In this document: one piece after another, positions 28,061-39,196 of the stretch | Position numbering within the stretch: the stretch's first letter is position 1 | How the letters are laid out: the number at the start of each line of letters is the position of its first letter | Assembly: GCA_963699545.1 (NCBI GenBank) | Contig: CAVOUE010000006.1 | Location: 1-64,000 of the forward strand | Source of the DNA: Nitrospirota bacterium | GTDB taxonomy: Bacteria; Nitrospirota; Thermodesulfovibrionia; Thermodesulfovibrionales; UBA9159 | Length of the DNA stretch: 64,000 nucleotides | Reading direction: 5' to 3' | Translations under genes and position numbers: made by a program | Notes under the pieces: model-generated | The model's input: the letters and a program-made list of their open reading frames with translations, nothing else | Database searches by the model: none | Told to the model about the DNA's origin: nothing

Positions 28061-28942
28061 TCACCGGTATCCGATGACCGGATTACGTATCGTGCCAATC
28101 CTCTCGATCTCGACCTCAACAATGTCGCCCGCTTTGAGAAAGACCGGAGGCTGCCGCTTGAACCCCACCCCGGAGGGGGTTCCCGTCGCGATGAGATCTC
28201 CCGGCTCAAGCGTCATCAGGGAACTGAGGAACGCAACCGTGCGGCTCACCGGAAAGATCATGTCGCGCGTATTTCCTTCCTGAAGAGTGACTCCGTTGAC
28301 TCGCGTTGTGATCTGCAAGGTCTGCGGCTCCGGGATATCGGAGGCCGGTACGATCCCCGGGCCCATCGGCGCAAAGGAATCGAGCGTCTTTCCTGCCGTC
28401 CATTGACTGGTTTGCATTTGAAGATCACGGGCGCTGACATCATTCATGATCGTGTAGCCCGCAACACAGGCGAGGGCCTCGCGCTCGGGGACTTCCCTGC
28501 ACCGCCGGCCAATGACGATCGTCAGTTCGCCCTCATAGTCGATCTGCTTACTGAGCCGTGGCAGGACAATGGGACTGGTCGGTCCACACAGCGCATTGCG
28601 GAACTTGGCAAAGAGCGGGGGGACCTGGAACGTGCCCATCTGCAGTTCGGTCGCGTGCTCACGGTAGTTAAGCCCCAGGCAAATGATCTTGTCGGGGTCG
28701 GGGACAGGAGGCCCGACCTCAACCGTTTCAAGGGGCGTAAGCGGCTCATTCCTGTTGTCAAAGGCACGCCGTGCACGGTGCAGCACCTGATCAACAGCAT
28801 CCGGCCCTGCCTCGAGAAGGGCGCGTACCGTTGACGGGGCGTCATGAGGCACGGTTTTCAGCGCAGCAACATCCACAAGAAGAGAATCGTGCACGACCCC
28901 TGCACGCCATGGTCCCTGCGTCCGGTAGCTGACAATGTACAT
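28061..28942 (-). CDS. Fumarylacetoacetate hydrolase family protein
   Basis: KIICLGLNY, DYEGEL, NDVSARD, TGTPSGVG. Confidence 0.9.
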   Translation of the reverse strand: MYIVSYRTQGPWRAGVVHDSLLVDVAALKTVPHDAPSTVRALLEAGPDAVDQVLHRARRAFDNRNEPLTPLETVEVGPPVPDPDKIICLGLNYREHATELQMGTFQVPPLFAKFRNALCGPTSPIVLPRLSKQIDYEGELTIVIGRRCREVPEREALACVAGYTIMNDVSARDLQMQTSQWTAGKTLDSFAPMGPGIVPASDIPEPQTLQITTRVNGVTLQEGNTRDMIFPVSRTVAFLSSLMTLEPGDLIATGTPSGVGFKRQPPVFLKAGDIVEVEIERIGTIRNPVIGYR

Positions 28943-28957
28943 AGCTCCTCCCTTTTC

Positions 28958-29521
28958 CTACAGTCCCTGCATCACGATCTTCACGTATGCCTTCGCCCGC
29001 AGCTCGGCGATCTGCATCTTCAGGAGCCTGTTGATCTCCTTCTCCGCCAGGTAATCTTCGATCTTGTCTCTCACCGACTCGAACGCCGCTCCCCCGAACT
29101 CCTTCTCGTTGTTCCTGTAATAGTCCTCTATGTCCTCGTCCTTCACCCGGATGAAGGCCCTCACCTTGAATTCCATGTATTCACTGAGGACCTCCTCGTC
29201 GGTCTTCGCCTCGATCTTCAGTCTCCTCGCATCGGTCAGAAGCAAAAGCCTGTTGATCATGGTATTCAGGACTTCCCCCATCGAAATATCCGGCTGCACC
29301 TTCTGCGTCCGTTCATAGGTCTCGCGGAGCTCGCTCAGGGTGATGGCACGGTCATTCACATAGGCAACGACCCGGTCGATGAGCTCCGCCTGGGAGACCG
29401 CCACAAGTGAAGCAAACAGCGTGAGGAGCAAAAGACAGAACAGGAAGACACTTCTCGCGCGGCAAAGTCCCCTGTCCTGCGCTTCTCCTCTTCTCCGTTT
29501 CATAGGGAACATATCACTCAT
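28958..29521 (-). CDS. SurA N-terminal domain protein
   Basis: IDRVVAYVND.AITLSEL...LRAKAYVK. Confidence 0.75.
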   Translation of the reverse strand: MSDMFPMKRRRGEAQDRGLCRARSVFLFCLLLLTLFASLVAVSQAELIDRVVAYVNDRAITLSELRETYERTQKVQPDISMGEVLNTMINRLLLLTDARRLKIEAKTDEEVLSEYMEFKVRAFIRVKDEDIEDYYRNNEKEFGGAAFESVRDKIEDYLAEKEINRLLKMQIAELRAKAYVKIVMQGL

Positions 29522-29527
29522 CCCTTC

Positions 29528-32221
29528 TTAGAACGCCTGCCCGATGCTGAAGAATATCTCGCTCCGGCTCAGGCCCTCCTCTTTCTTCAGTTTATACCCG
29601 TAATCCAGACGCAGCGGGCCCACCGGTGTGTCGTACCGGACACCGGCTCCGACCGCGTGTTTCAGGGACCAGTCGATGTCACTTGTTCTTTGCCAGACAT
29701 TCCCGCTGTCCAGGAACGTTACGAGCCCTATCCCCTTCCCGAGAGAGGTCCGGAGCTCGACGTTCGTCTCGATGAACGCATTACCGCCCGTGGGGTTATT
29801 TTCAGAGCCTCTTGGTCCAAGGGTGTCCTGCGCATACCCCCTCACCGAACTCCTGCCGCCAAGGAAGAATCTTTCCGCCAGAGGGATAATGTCGGAAGAC
29901 CCCCCCCACGCCCGGCCGACTCCGGCGCGCACTGCAGCGGCAAAGACGAACGGCTTGGAGATCTCATGATAGAGACTGCCGTTGAATATGACCTTTGCGA
30001 AATCGGTCTCCGAGAGGAGCGCAGCAGACGCCACTTTCATCGTTAACCCCAGCAGGATGCCATTCCTCGGATTAAAGGGATTGTCCCTCGTATCGTACGT
30101 GATACCCGGCCGTATGCTGCTGATGACAAGACGCCCCTCGTCCTGGTCGGTGAGAAGTATGTCGGGCTGGACCTCCGACGTGTCGGCGAGGACGCCTTCA
30201 TAATACAGCTCACCACGGACCGTTTTGCTGTATTGCTTCTCGACCCCCAGAGAGACCCCCCGCCTCTTGTACTTGTACATGATCACCCCGGTGTCGATAT
30301 TCTTTTCCTCTCGTTCATTGAAGAAGACCGTTCCTTTCAACTGGAGCTGTTTTTCCAGGAACCAGGGGTCAAGATAATTGACCGCATAGAGTTTTTCGAG
30401 CGAATTATACCCGATCCTGAGCGAGACCTGTCTGTTCATCCCGAAAACGTTCTTATAGCCGATGTCGACAAAACCGGTGAACTTGTCAAAGTTGCTGTAC
30501 CCAAAGCCGAACTCCACCCACCCTGCGTTCCCTTCGGCAAGGTCGATGTGGATGTCGCGCTGATGGTCATATTCCTCGAGGGGCTCGATGCGCACATCGC
30601 TGAAGAGTCCGAGCTTATAGAGATTCTGCCGTTCCTTCGCAAGCAGGCCGTAACTGAACTGAGCGGATTCCCTCTGGAGCAATTCCCTCTCCACGACCTC
30701 CCTCCGCGTCCTTTTATTCCCGGTTATGATCGTCTTGCCGAAGAACGTCCTCTCCCCCTCCTGTATCTCAAAGGTGATCCGCGCCTTTTCTCCTGAAAAA
30801 TCCACCTTCGTACTCACGACCGCATCGAGGAATCCCCTCTCCTGGTAAATATCGATCACCCTCAGACGCGCGTCCGCGATATCCACTTCATTGTACGGAC
30901 CGTCCTGCGTTAACCCTATCGCCTTCCGTATCTCATCCGGCGGGACCGAACCGGCATTCGTTATCTCCACCCCGTCGATAAGCGTTCTCGGGCCTTCCCT
31001 GAACGGTATCGTTATGATCGCCTTATCTTGGTCCAGCCGCACCTCAGGCGATCCCACTTCCACAGCCAGATATCCCAGGGCGATAGAGAACTCCCGCACG
31101 ACGTCAGCATCAGGGGACAAGAGCTCCGGATTGTAGTCGTCACCCTCCTTAAGGGGCAGTACCTCCTTCAGTCTCTTATCCGGCAGTGTCATGCCGGGGA
31201 ATTTCAGGGCGTCCACCTTAATGCGTTCCCCTTCAAAAATAAAAAAAGTCAGTTCTGCCATATCCTCAACCGTCGCCGGTGCGACCGGCGCCACCTGCGC
31301 AAGCGCATATCCTTTGTTGCGGTAAAGAAGGGTTATCTTCCGGGCCGCATCTTCGATAAGATCGTCCCTCACCTCACCCGAATCAAGGAAAGGCATCTCC
31401 TTCATGAGCTGCCGGGAACTGAAGACGGTGTTGCCCTCAAAGTTCACGGTCAGCTTCTTTCCCCTGGTCACCTCCACGGCAAGGCTCCCGTCCGAGAACC
31501 GGTACGCAACAACGGGATGGAGGTAGCTGAGCTTTTTATAATGCACCCTGATCCTCTCCATGTCCTTTTCCACCATCTTCTGGTCGTATATCTCTCCCTC
31601 CCTGATGTGCATCACACCGGTGATCTCGTCAGGCGGTGCCCCGTGAACAACGATCCGCTCTATCAGGAGAGGTTTCCCCTCGCTCACCACGATCGTGAGG
31701 TCTTTCGCATACGGTTTCGCTGCCGGAGAGACTTCGATGGATACGGCGGCATGGGGGAATCCCCTCTCCGCAAGCGCCGATTGCAGGAGCTTGACCGCCT
31801 CGCCGAACAGGTCATAGCGCACAACCGCACCTTCTTTCAGGGAGAACATGGCGCGGATGTCACGATCCGGGAGATACTCGTTCCCTGTGACCAGGATCTT
31901 CCGGATACGCTCTCTCTCCTTCACGAGGATGCTCACCCTTGTCCTGTCGGGATCGGCATGCACTTCGATGTCCTCGAATATCCCCTTCACGAATGCACGT
32001 TTTATCCCTTTCCGCACCTTCTGGGGATCGAGGACCTCTCCAGCCTTTATGCCGAGCAGGTAAAGGAGCTCTTCATTGCCTATGGAAGAGAGACCTTCAA
32101 CGCTGATGTCTTGTATCCTGCTGTCGGGTACGGTATCAGCCGGCACAGGGGAAGCGAAAGCACATAAGAATGCACAGTGAAGAAGAACGAACGGGAACAG
32201 GGAGAACATCACTTTCCTCAT
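29528..32221 (-). CDS. bamA: Omp85 outer-membrane assembly factor (BamA/TamA)
   Basis: POTRA repeats, RFFLGG..SVRGY, TPVGPLRLDYG, C-terminal IGQAF. Confidence 0.85.
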   Translation of the reverse strand: MRKVMFSLFPFVLLHCAFLCAFASPVPADTVPDSRIQDISVEGLSSIGNEELLYLLGIKAGEVLDPQKVRKGIKRAFVKGIFEDIEVHADPDRTRVSILVKERERIRKILVTGNEYLPDRDIRAMFSLKEGAVVRYDLFGEAVKLLQSALAERGFPHAAVSIEVSPAAKPYAKDLTIVVSEGKPLLIERIVVHGAPPDEITGVMHIREGEIYDQKMVEKDMERIRVHYKKLSYLHPVVAYRFSDGSLAVEVTRGKKLTVNFEGNTVFSSRQLMKEMPFLDSGEVRDDLIEDAARKITLLYRNKGYALAQVAPVAPATVEDMAELTFFIFEGERIKVDALKFPGMTLPDKRLKEVLPLKEGDDYNPELLSPDADVVREFSIALGYLAVEVGSPEVRLDQDKAIITIPFREGPRTLIDGVEITNAGSVPPDEIRKAIGLTQDGPYNEVDIADARLRVIDIYQERGFLDAVVSTKVDFSGEKARITFEIQEGERTFFGKTIITGNKRTRREVVERELLQRESAQFSYGLLAKERQNLYKLGLFSDVRIEPLEEYDHQRDIHIDLAEGNAGWVEFGFGYSNFDKFTGFVDIGYKNVFGMNRQVSLRIGYNSLEKLYAVNYLDPWFLEKQLQLKGTVFFNEREEKNIDTGVIMYKYKRRGVSLGVEKQYSKTVRGELYYEGVLADTSEVQPDILLTDQDEGRLVISSIRPGITYDTRDNPFNPRNGILLGLTMKVASAALLSETDFAKVIFNGSLYHEISKPFVFAAAVRAGVGRAWGGSSDIIPLAERFFLGGRSSVRGYAQDTLGPRGSENNPTGGNAFIETNVELRTSLGKGIGLVTFLDSGNVWQRTSDIDWSLKHAVGAGVRYDTPVGPLRLDYGYKLKKEEGLSRSEIFFSIGQAF

Positions 32222-35200
32222 TTGAACCCAAAGCGGAATTTGATACTTCCGCCCAGTGCTCCGACTTCGTCCCTCACCCCGATGAGAGAGACGTTGTTCC
32301 CCACGTTATACTCCAGCTTTATGATATCGGTGGCAACCGAGCCAAGAGCGGTGGAATAGGTCACCGAGAGCCTGTCCCCCAGGAGCCTCTTCGAGACCGT
32401 CAGCCGTTGTTCCGACTTTCCCGTCACCCGTGAAACAGAAGAGTCCACTCCGATCCTGTCGATGCCCGTGATGCTCCGCAGCCTCTCCTGAGCGATGTTC
32501 TGGACCTGGCCGGAGAGAAATGACGTCGCAACACTTCCCCCCAGCCCGCCCTGAATACCCTGAGGTGTCTTTGAAAGAGTGCCGACGGTGAGCAGGCTGA
32601 GGATCTCGATCTGTTCAAGGGAAGGCGTCGAACTCAGGGACAGGTTGAAATGCTCGATCTGTCCCTCAAGGACCATCCGTATGGTATATCCCTCGATGAG
32701 CGTCTCTGCAACGATATTCATCGTCGGGTTGATCCTTTTCGGGTCTGCGAAGTCGGCGGTTGCATTGAGTATCCTGAACTCATTGTTCCTGAAGTACACG
32801 ATGCCGCTCTTCGTTTCGGCCCTGCCGAAAAGCAGGGGATTGGACGCAGCTCCTCTCACCATCAGGTCGGTGCCCAGAGACGCCCGGGCGATGTTGTTAT
32901 TGATAAAGAGGTTGTCACTGCCGTGTACCCTCACATTCAGCTGTGTCTTCTCGAACGTCCCTATCTCGCCCCGCGGCCTTTCCTTTGCTTTTGCCTTGAG
33001 GGGCCAGATCTGCCACTGGACGGGTTCCTTGTACAGGGCGCGATTGATCGTGATCTCTCCGCTCAGTCTCTGGGAATCCTGCGTTCCCGTATAGAGAAGG
33101 TTGCCGTTGAAATTGACCGTGAAATCCTTGGAGATGTTCACTCCGATGGCGTTCATCGCGGCATTGACATAGAATCGCTTCATCGTGAACCCATCGAGAA
33201 GGGCAACCCCGGAGACCTCTACTTCCCCGCCTCCCAGTTTGCCCGAAAGCTTCTGAATGACGATCCTGTCCTCATCGATGTAGACGTATCCGTTCATGGT
33301 GCTGAGCCGGTAGGGCACATCCTTGACCCCGAATGTGACGTTCGATATGGTTATACCGCCGTTGATCCGCGGGGCCTCCCATTTCCCCGTCACGGAACAA
33401 ACGAATCCCGCGTCGCCCCTGATGGTATCGATCCTCTTTGACAGCCCCTTTAACGGCAACAGGCTTGAACTGCCCTCCATGACGAGATTGTATTCCCTGC
33501 CTATCTCCATTTCTCCCGAGACCTTGAACGACGCGGTTCCGCTTCGCACCTTCACGGCAGAGAGCGTCATGGTCCTGTCTTTTACTTCGAACCGTATGTC
33601 GGAGTCGTTCGAGAAATTGTTTCCAAAGAGCGTCGTATTCAGCTGGCTGATAACGGCTCCGGCCGAGAAATGTTTTCTGTCGCCCGACAACTCCGCATAC
33701 CCCTTCATGCTGATGAGCAGGTCTTCGGGCACGTCCTTGAGAACAGCGGCGAGGAGGATATCATATCTCCCTGATTTCATATCCAGCCGGGCTGTCCACG
33801 GCAGGTCACCTCTCAGGTCCGCCTTCCCGGTCAATGACGTCTTGCCGTCAAGAAGGAGGACATCGAAGAGCATCGTTTTGTTCTTCATCGAGACCCTGAT
33901 GTTCCCGTCTCCGAGGGACGAGTCCTTGAATGTTCCCCCGTGCACCATGCCGTCCAGCTCCATCCGGGGGTCATCAAGGGTCCCCTTCCCCTCTGCCTTG
34001 AAGGTGACATATGCGTCAGCCGGCGCGCCTCTGAGCGGTACATCTTTCAGGTAGATCCTGTTCCCGGATGCGGCGAAGCTGAACCGGTCATCATAGGTTA
34101 AGCTTCCCTTTCCCGTCAGAAGAGAGTCCCCTTTTCTCACCAGCACATCTTCCAGTGTCAGGGTATCGTAGTCGTACGCATACGAGAGAGAGGCCAGATC
34201 AAGCGCGACACCCTCCAGGGTTCCATTGGCCATCCGGGCAGACCCCTTGAACAGGGGCTTCGGACCGGGACCGGTAATGCTCAGGTCGGTATCGAACCTT
34301 CCCCTGGGCTGGGGTTTCAGGGGCTTCTTGTAAATTACTTTCAATGCCTTTTCCACGTCGGCATTCTTCATCGAGACAGAAAGGCCGTAGAGGGGTTTCT
34401 TCAGATCGAACAGCTCTCTGGCCTCCGGAAATTTGACCGTGCCCTTCATCGTAATGGCGGCGTTGCCGCCGGCCTGGGAACCGGCCATTGAGGAAAGCTC
34501 TCTCAGTTCGAGAAGGTCTTTTCCGTACCGCAGGTCGCTCGTCACCTCCCCGAGAACGAATTCCCCGTAGGAAGCGGCGTGCAGCTTCACCTTCCCGGCG
34601 ATCACAGGGTTCTTGAACTTCCCTGCCAGGGTCCCGGAGAACTCCCCGGAACCGGTCAGTTCGTGAACATACGGCAGCGTCACATCCGTCAGGTCCCCGG
34701 TCCTGCCCTGGATGCCAAGGGACAGGTCCGACGCCTTCAGGTCGACCGTGCCGCCGAAGTTCATGACCGACCTGTCGGTACTGGCAACGGATTCAGACAG
34801 GGTGATCACGTCGTCCCGGACGTCAAAGGAGCCCGTCACTTTCCTCACCCTTCCCAGGACATCAGTGCCCCTGCCGGAACTCTCATAGGAATACCGGCCC
34901 GAAGGGTTAAACCCGGCGCCTTTGGTACTCAGCTCACCCTTCACCTTTCCCCTGGGAATCCCGGGATCCCACCCTATGAGCTTAAAGGCAGCAGGACTGT
35001 CCACATCAGAAAAAGAGACCTTCAGGGAGTAGTATTCCTCGCCGGTGACCGAGAGAGTCGCCTCGGCGTCAGCGCGTCCGTTGTACAACGTGCCCTTCCC
35101 TTCTGTGAAATACAGGATCCCTTCCCTGTATGCAATGCTGCACCGGAGGTCGTCCACATCAACGTCGAAGAGGTTTCCCCTTTGCAGGTGCGCATGTGCA

Positions 35201-36226
35201 GTGCCGGTGATCCGGTCCAGTGGACCTTTTACGGCGCCGGTGAAATCAATGCGGCCTTCCACACGCTCTTTCACCTTCAGGAGTTCCATCAGTGTCTCGA
35301 TAGAAAAGTTCTCCTTTCAGCTTCACGTCCACGACGGAGCGGAGGGGGTCATCGGTGAGGAGGTGAATGGTGCCCTTTGCAGACAGCCCTCCTTCACCCG
35401 GCTGTTTCAGAGAGAAGATATTCCTGAAAGTCTCCACGAGCAGGGAGAAGCCCATTTGCAGGTCTCCGTACAGGCCACGGGACGTCTTTGCCTGAGTCTT
35501 CTCCTTCGTCGGGAAGAGCCCGCTTGCGGTGATCTTTGAGCCAAGGAACCCTATCTGAAGCCCCTTCACCTCGACCGCATCATCCCTTATCGCAAGCGCA
35601 CCCTTGATCTCGCCCTTTAATTCCGGCCAGCCCTTGATGGACGCAGAGAGCTCCTTCATGGTGAAATTGACGCGCGGCACCGCGCGCCTCCCGACAACGA
35701 TCTCCTTTGGGTTCAGCACGGCCTCGATGCCGAACCCCGCTCCCTGAAAGGACATGTCCTTGTAACCAAGGGCGAACATACCGTCATCCAGCGCAATGCC
35801 TCTTACCACAACCTTGATCGGTGCCTTCCTTTCCATAGCGAGATACTTCCTGACGTTTGCCGCGATCTCCTCCAGCTGGGAAGCATGAGCACTTGCGTGG
35901 GGCTTCCTCACTACGAGCCTCCTCAGAACAAGTTCCTTCCTCAACAGCCCTGAGAGCTCCACGTATCCCTTCAGGCGGGGAATGTGCACGATCTCGACGC
36001 CCTTGTCAAAGACCTTAACCTCCTTTGCCTCAACAAAAAGGGGGAAGATGTTCACGTATATCTTCTGCGCCATTACCTCTTTGCCCGTTGCGGCAGAGAG
36101 CTCGGGCAGGATGAGCTTCTTCAGGATGTTCGAGACGTGAGGTCCCCTGAGAACGACGGTCACGAGGACGACCGCCGCAACCAGGGCCGTGAAGAGCAGT
36201 ATCTTCTTTATCGTAATCTTTCCCAT
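32218..36226 (-). CDS. tamB: TamB/AsmA family protein, frameshift near 35300
   Basis: Two abutting beta-rich ORFs; TamB-like C-terminus (LSSTPSL...ILSLL.VG); adjacent to Omp85. Confidence 0.8.
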
Positions 36227-38817
36227 AATGCCGTGAGCAGCCCGGTCACGCCTTCTCCCTGCATCTTGCCTCCGTCCTTCTGGATCGAGAAGATGTCATG
36301 GGCCAGACCTGATTCGGTGTTTATCCTTGCTGATATTATATCAATACCCATATCGTGCATGAGGCTCGTGGCGTCATACAGAAGTCCCATCCTGTCGCCT
36401 GCAAAGAACTCAAGGATGCTGCACTCTGCCGAGGTCTCGTTGTCCAGCTCGATGAAGGGCTCGAACCTCCCGAATATTTCAGGGGGCGGGACGGTGTATC
36501 CCTGAGAGTCCCTGATGTTCCGGATCAGGCTCTCGTACGCGTCCTTCCCAAGATCGTCCCGGACAGCGCTGCCGATCCTTTCTTCCAGCACCTGCACGAT
36601 CCCCTTCCACTCAAGGTCCTTCCAGTTCGAGACCTGGATTTTGTCAAGAATGATTCCGTCCTTCGCGGTATATGCCCTCGCCCGGTAAATATTCATCTTC
36701 ATTGATGAGAGGATCCCCACAATCCTCGAAAAGATGCCCGGCCTGTCCCGGGCGCCTATGCAGACCTCGGACGTGCCGTCCTCATCTTCCCTCACCCTGA
36801 GCCCGAAGCCCCTTTCCGCAACCTCCTTGTAGGTCCTGTAATCTTCGGAAAGTCGTTCGGGAGTGGTCGAGATCACATATCTCTCCGGCATCAGGGAAAG
36901 AAAATTCCTGGTCCTTTCCTTTTCGCCGGCGGAAAGGAACGTCCTGTCGAGCAGCGCCTGCCGGGCTTCGGCGAAGTCTTTCGTAAAGCCTTCAAGATAC
37001 CGGGCGACCGTCTCGTAGAAGTCTCTGAGCAGACTGGCCTTCCACTCCGACCAGAACCCGTCGCTCACGGCGGCCATATCGGCATAGGTGATCAGGTAAA
37101 GGGCGTCCAGGGTCTCCCGGTCCCCCACCTCGTCAGCAAAACGGGCGATACCCTCGGGAAACTCGGAATCCATCGTGAGGGCTGCCGAGGACATCACCAG
37201 ATGGTTCTTTACAAGGAACTCTATTTCGGACCGCAGCTCAGGAGAGAGATTGAACCGCTCCGCAACGTTCTTCATCTCACGATACCCGACTTCATCATGG
37301 TGTCCCGGCCCGGAGCCGTAACGGTAGCTCTGTGCAATGCCCCTCTTCCCGACGTCATGGAGAAGGAGGGTCAGGACGATGGCCTCACGGCGACGCACCC
37401 TTTTGTACACCCCGGAGAGATGCTCAAGGTTCCTGTATTTTGTGCTTCGCAGTTCCTCGACCTTCCTGACCGCGTGCAATGAATGTTCGTCCACGGTAAA
37501 CCGGTGGTAGGGCTCGTAGACGACCAGGAAGCTCAGTGCATCAAATTCGGGGATGAACCTTCCCAGCACGCCGCAGGAATGCATCTCCCGCAATGTTTCA
37601 TACACCCTTTCACCTTTTACAATATTCATGAACGATTCGACGGCACGCTGCGATCTCCTCGTCGTCCTGCCGATGCGGAAGAGGTTCTTCTTTATGTCCT
37701 CCCTCAGCTTCGGACTGAACCGCTTCCCCGTCCTTGACATGACCGCAAAGGCCTCGATGATCTTTTCGGGGCTCCGAATAACGTCGGCCCCGGTCGCAAC
37801 GATCCGGTTCCTCGAGAGAGAGAAGTCGCCGGTTATCTTCCGTTTTGCATAAAAGAAATGGGCGGCTCTGCTCTCCCTCCCTTCTTCGGGGTCCTTGTAG
37901 GGCATGCTGAACATATCAAGGGTGCGTGAGGTGATATCATCGACAACCGACGCCTTGAGATAGAGATAACGCATAAACCGCTCCGACGAAAGGAAACGCC
38001 TGGACGCCTTGAAATTCAGCATCCCGGCGGTCCGCTCATGGAATTCAAAAGACAGGACGTCGTTCCTGCGTCCGCTGAGGAGGTGGAGGCAGAACCTCAC
38101 CTTCAGGAGAAAGTCATAGGCACGTTCAAGCTTCCGGAAGTCGTCCGGCACAAGGATCTTCGAGAGCCCGTCAAAAGACCTGCTTCTCAGTTTGACACTC
38201 GTAAGCCATATGAGGGTATGGACGTCCCGCAACATGCCCCTGCCCTCCTTGATATGCGGTTCGAGCATAAAGACCGAAGAGCTTATCTTCCGGTGGCGCT
38301 GCTCCACCTCGCGCAGTTTCTCTGTCATGAAGTTCTTCGACTCCCTGTAGGCGATATCGGGAAACACATTCTCCATAAAATACCGGTAGAGGGCCTCGTC
38401 CCCTGAGATAAACCGGTGTTCAAGAAGGGAGGTCCTTGTCTTCACGTCCCTTCTCGCCTCGCTGATGCAATCGGAAGGGGTCCTGAAGGAATGGCCGATC
38501 ACAAGGTTGGTGTCCCAGAGCCTGTAGAGGAACTCCGAGGCCTTTGCCGAAGCGGACCTGTCCTTCGCAAAGAGCATGATATCGATGTCGGAGAACGGCG
38601 CCAGTTCCCCTCTTCCATACCCCCCGATCGCCATGAGACAGAGACCTGAGGCGGATTCGGTCCCGGAGAAGAGATCCCTGAGAAAGGAGTCGGTCCTCTC
38701 GGTGAAATGGTCCGTCAGCTGTCTGCCGCTGTACCCCTTCCCAAGGAGGTCGCAGAGTTCGTGTATATCCATTCTTTGCCCGGCGGAATAGTCCTGCTTG
38801 AACAACAGTGTATGCAT
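36208..38817 (-). CDS. glnD: PII uridylyltransferase
   Basis: AIGGYGRGELAPFSDID, EPHIKEG.G.LRD, H.FTVDEH, LLHDVGK, ACT domains. Confidence 0.95.
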   Translation of the reverse strand: MHTLLFKQDYSAGQRMDIHELCDLLGKGYSGRQLTDHFTERTDSFLRDLFSGTESASGLCLMAIGGYGRGELAPFSDIDIMLFAKDRSASAKASEFLYRLWDTNLVIGHSFRTPSDCISEARRDVKTRTSLLEHRFISGDEALYRYFMENVFPDIAYRESKNFMTEKLREVEQRHRKISSSVFMLEPHIKEGRGMLRDVHTLIWLTSVKLRSRSFDGLSKILVPDDFRKLERAYDFLLKVRFCLHLLSGRRNDVLSFEFHERTAGMLNFKASRRFLSSERFMRYLYLKASVVDDITSRTLDMFSMPYKDPEEGRESRAAHFFYAKRKITGDFSLSRNRIVATGADVIRSPEKIIEAFAVMSRTGKRFSPKLREDIKKNLFRIGRTTRRSQRAVESFMNIVKGERVYETLREMHSCGVLGRFIPEFDALSFLVVYEPYHRFTVDEHSLHAVRKVEELRSTKYRNLEHLSGVYKRVRRREAIVLTLLLHDVGKRGIAQSYRYGSGPGHHDEVGYREMKNVAERFNLSPELRSEIEFLVKNHLVMSSAALTMDSEFPEGIARFADEVGDRETLDALYLITYADMAAVSDGFWSEWKASLLRDFYETVARYLEGFTKDFAEARQALLDRTFLSAGEKERTRNFLSLMPERYVISTTPERLSEDYRTYKEVAERGFGLRVREDEDGTSEVCIGARDRPGIFSRIVGILSSMKMNIYRARAYTAKDGIILDKIQVSNWKDLEWKGIVQVLEERIGSAVRDDLGKDAYESLIRNIRDSQGYTVPPPEIFGRFEPFIELDNETSAECSILEFFAGDRMGLLYDATSLMHDMGIDIISARINTESGLAHDIFSIQKDGGKMQGEGVTGLLTALWERLR

Positions 38818-39196
38818 CTCCCTCTTATCATTGTCTCGCGGACAGCCGCAGACCCGAAAGCCGCCGGGACTGCGTCCTGCGTGATATTATAGCTTAAAAT
38901 ATGCATTAATGAGGGTAAACAAACGCCAGGCGCGTTGCTCTCAGACCGTGGAATTCATCGACAAGCAAACTGTCTTTACTTATATCCCGGTGGTGTTCAG
39001 GAGGGATTCGGAAATGTTCTTACAGTTGCCATACTCTATTTGCGTCCCTTGATCAGATGTTTCCCTTTGCTCAGAAGAAATCTTGCAAGAGTATAGATGA
39101 GAAAGGTGAAGATGCCTGCTAAAGCAATAATACCTATTCTTCCTATCCACAAAGCCAAAACTTCTCGTGAATCACCTGATGGAACAGCCATATAGC

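Noticed and set aside
38820-39190. AT-rich intergenic region as an ncRNA or tRNA
   Set aside because: No cloverleaf or recognisable RNA family signature.
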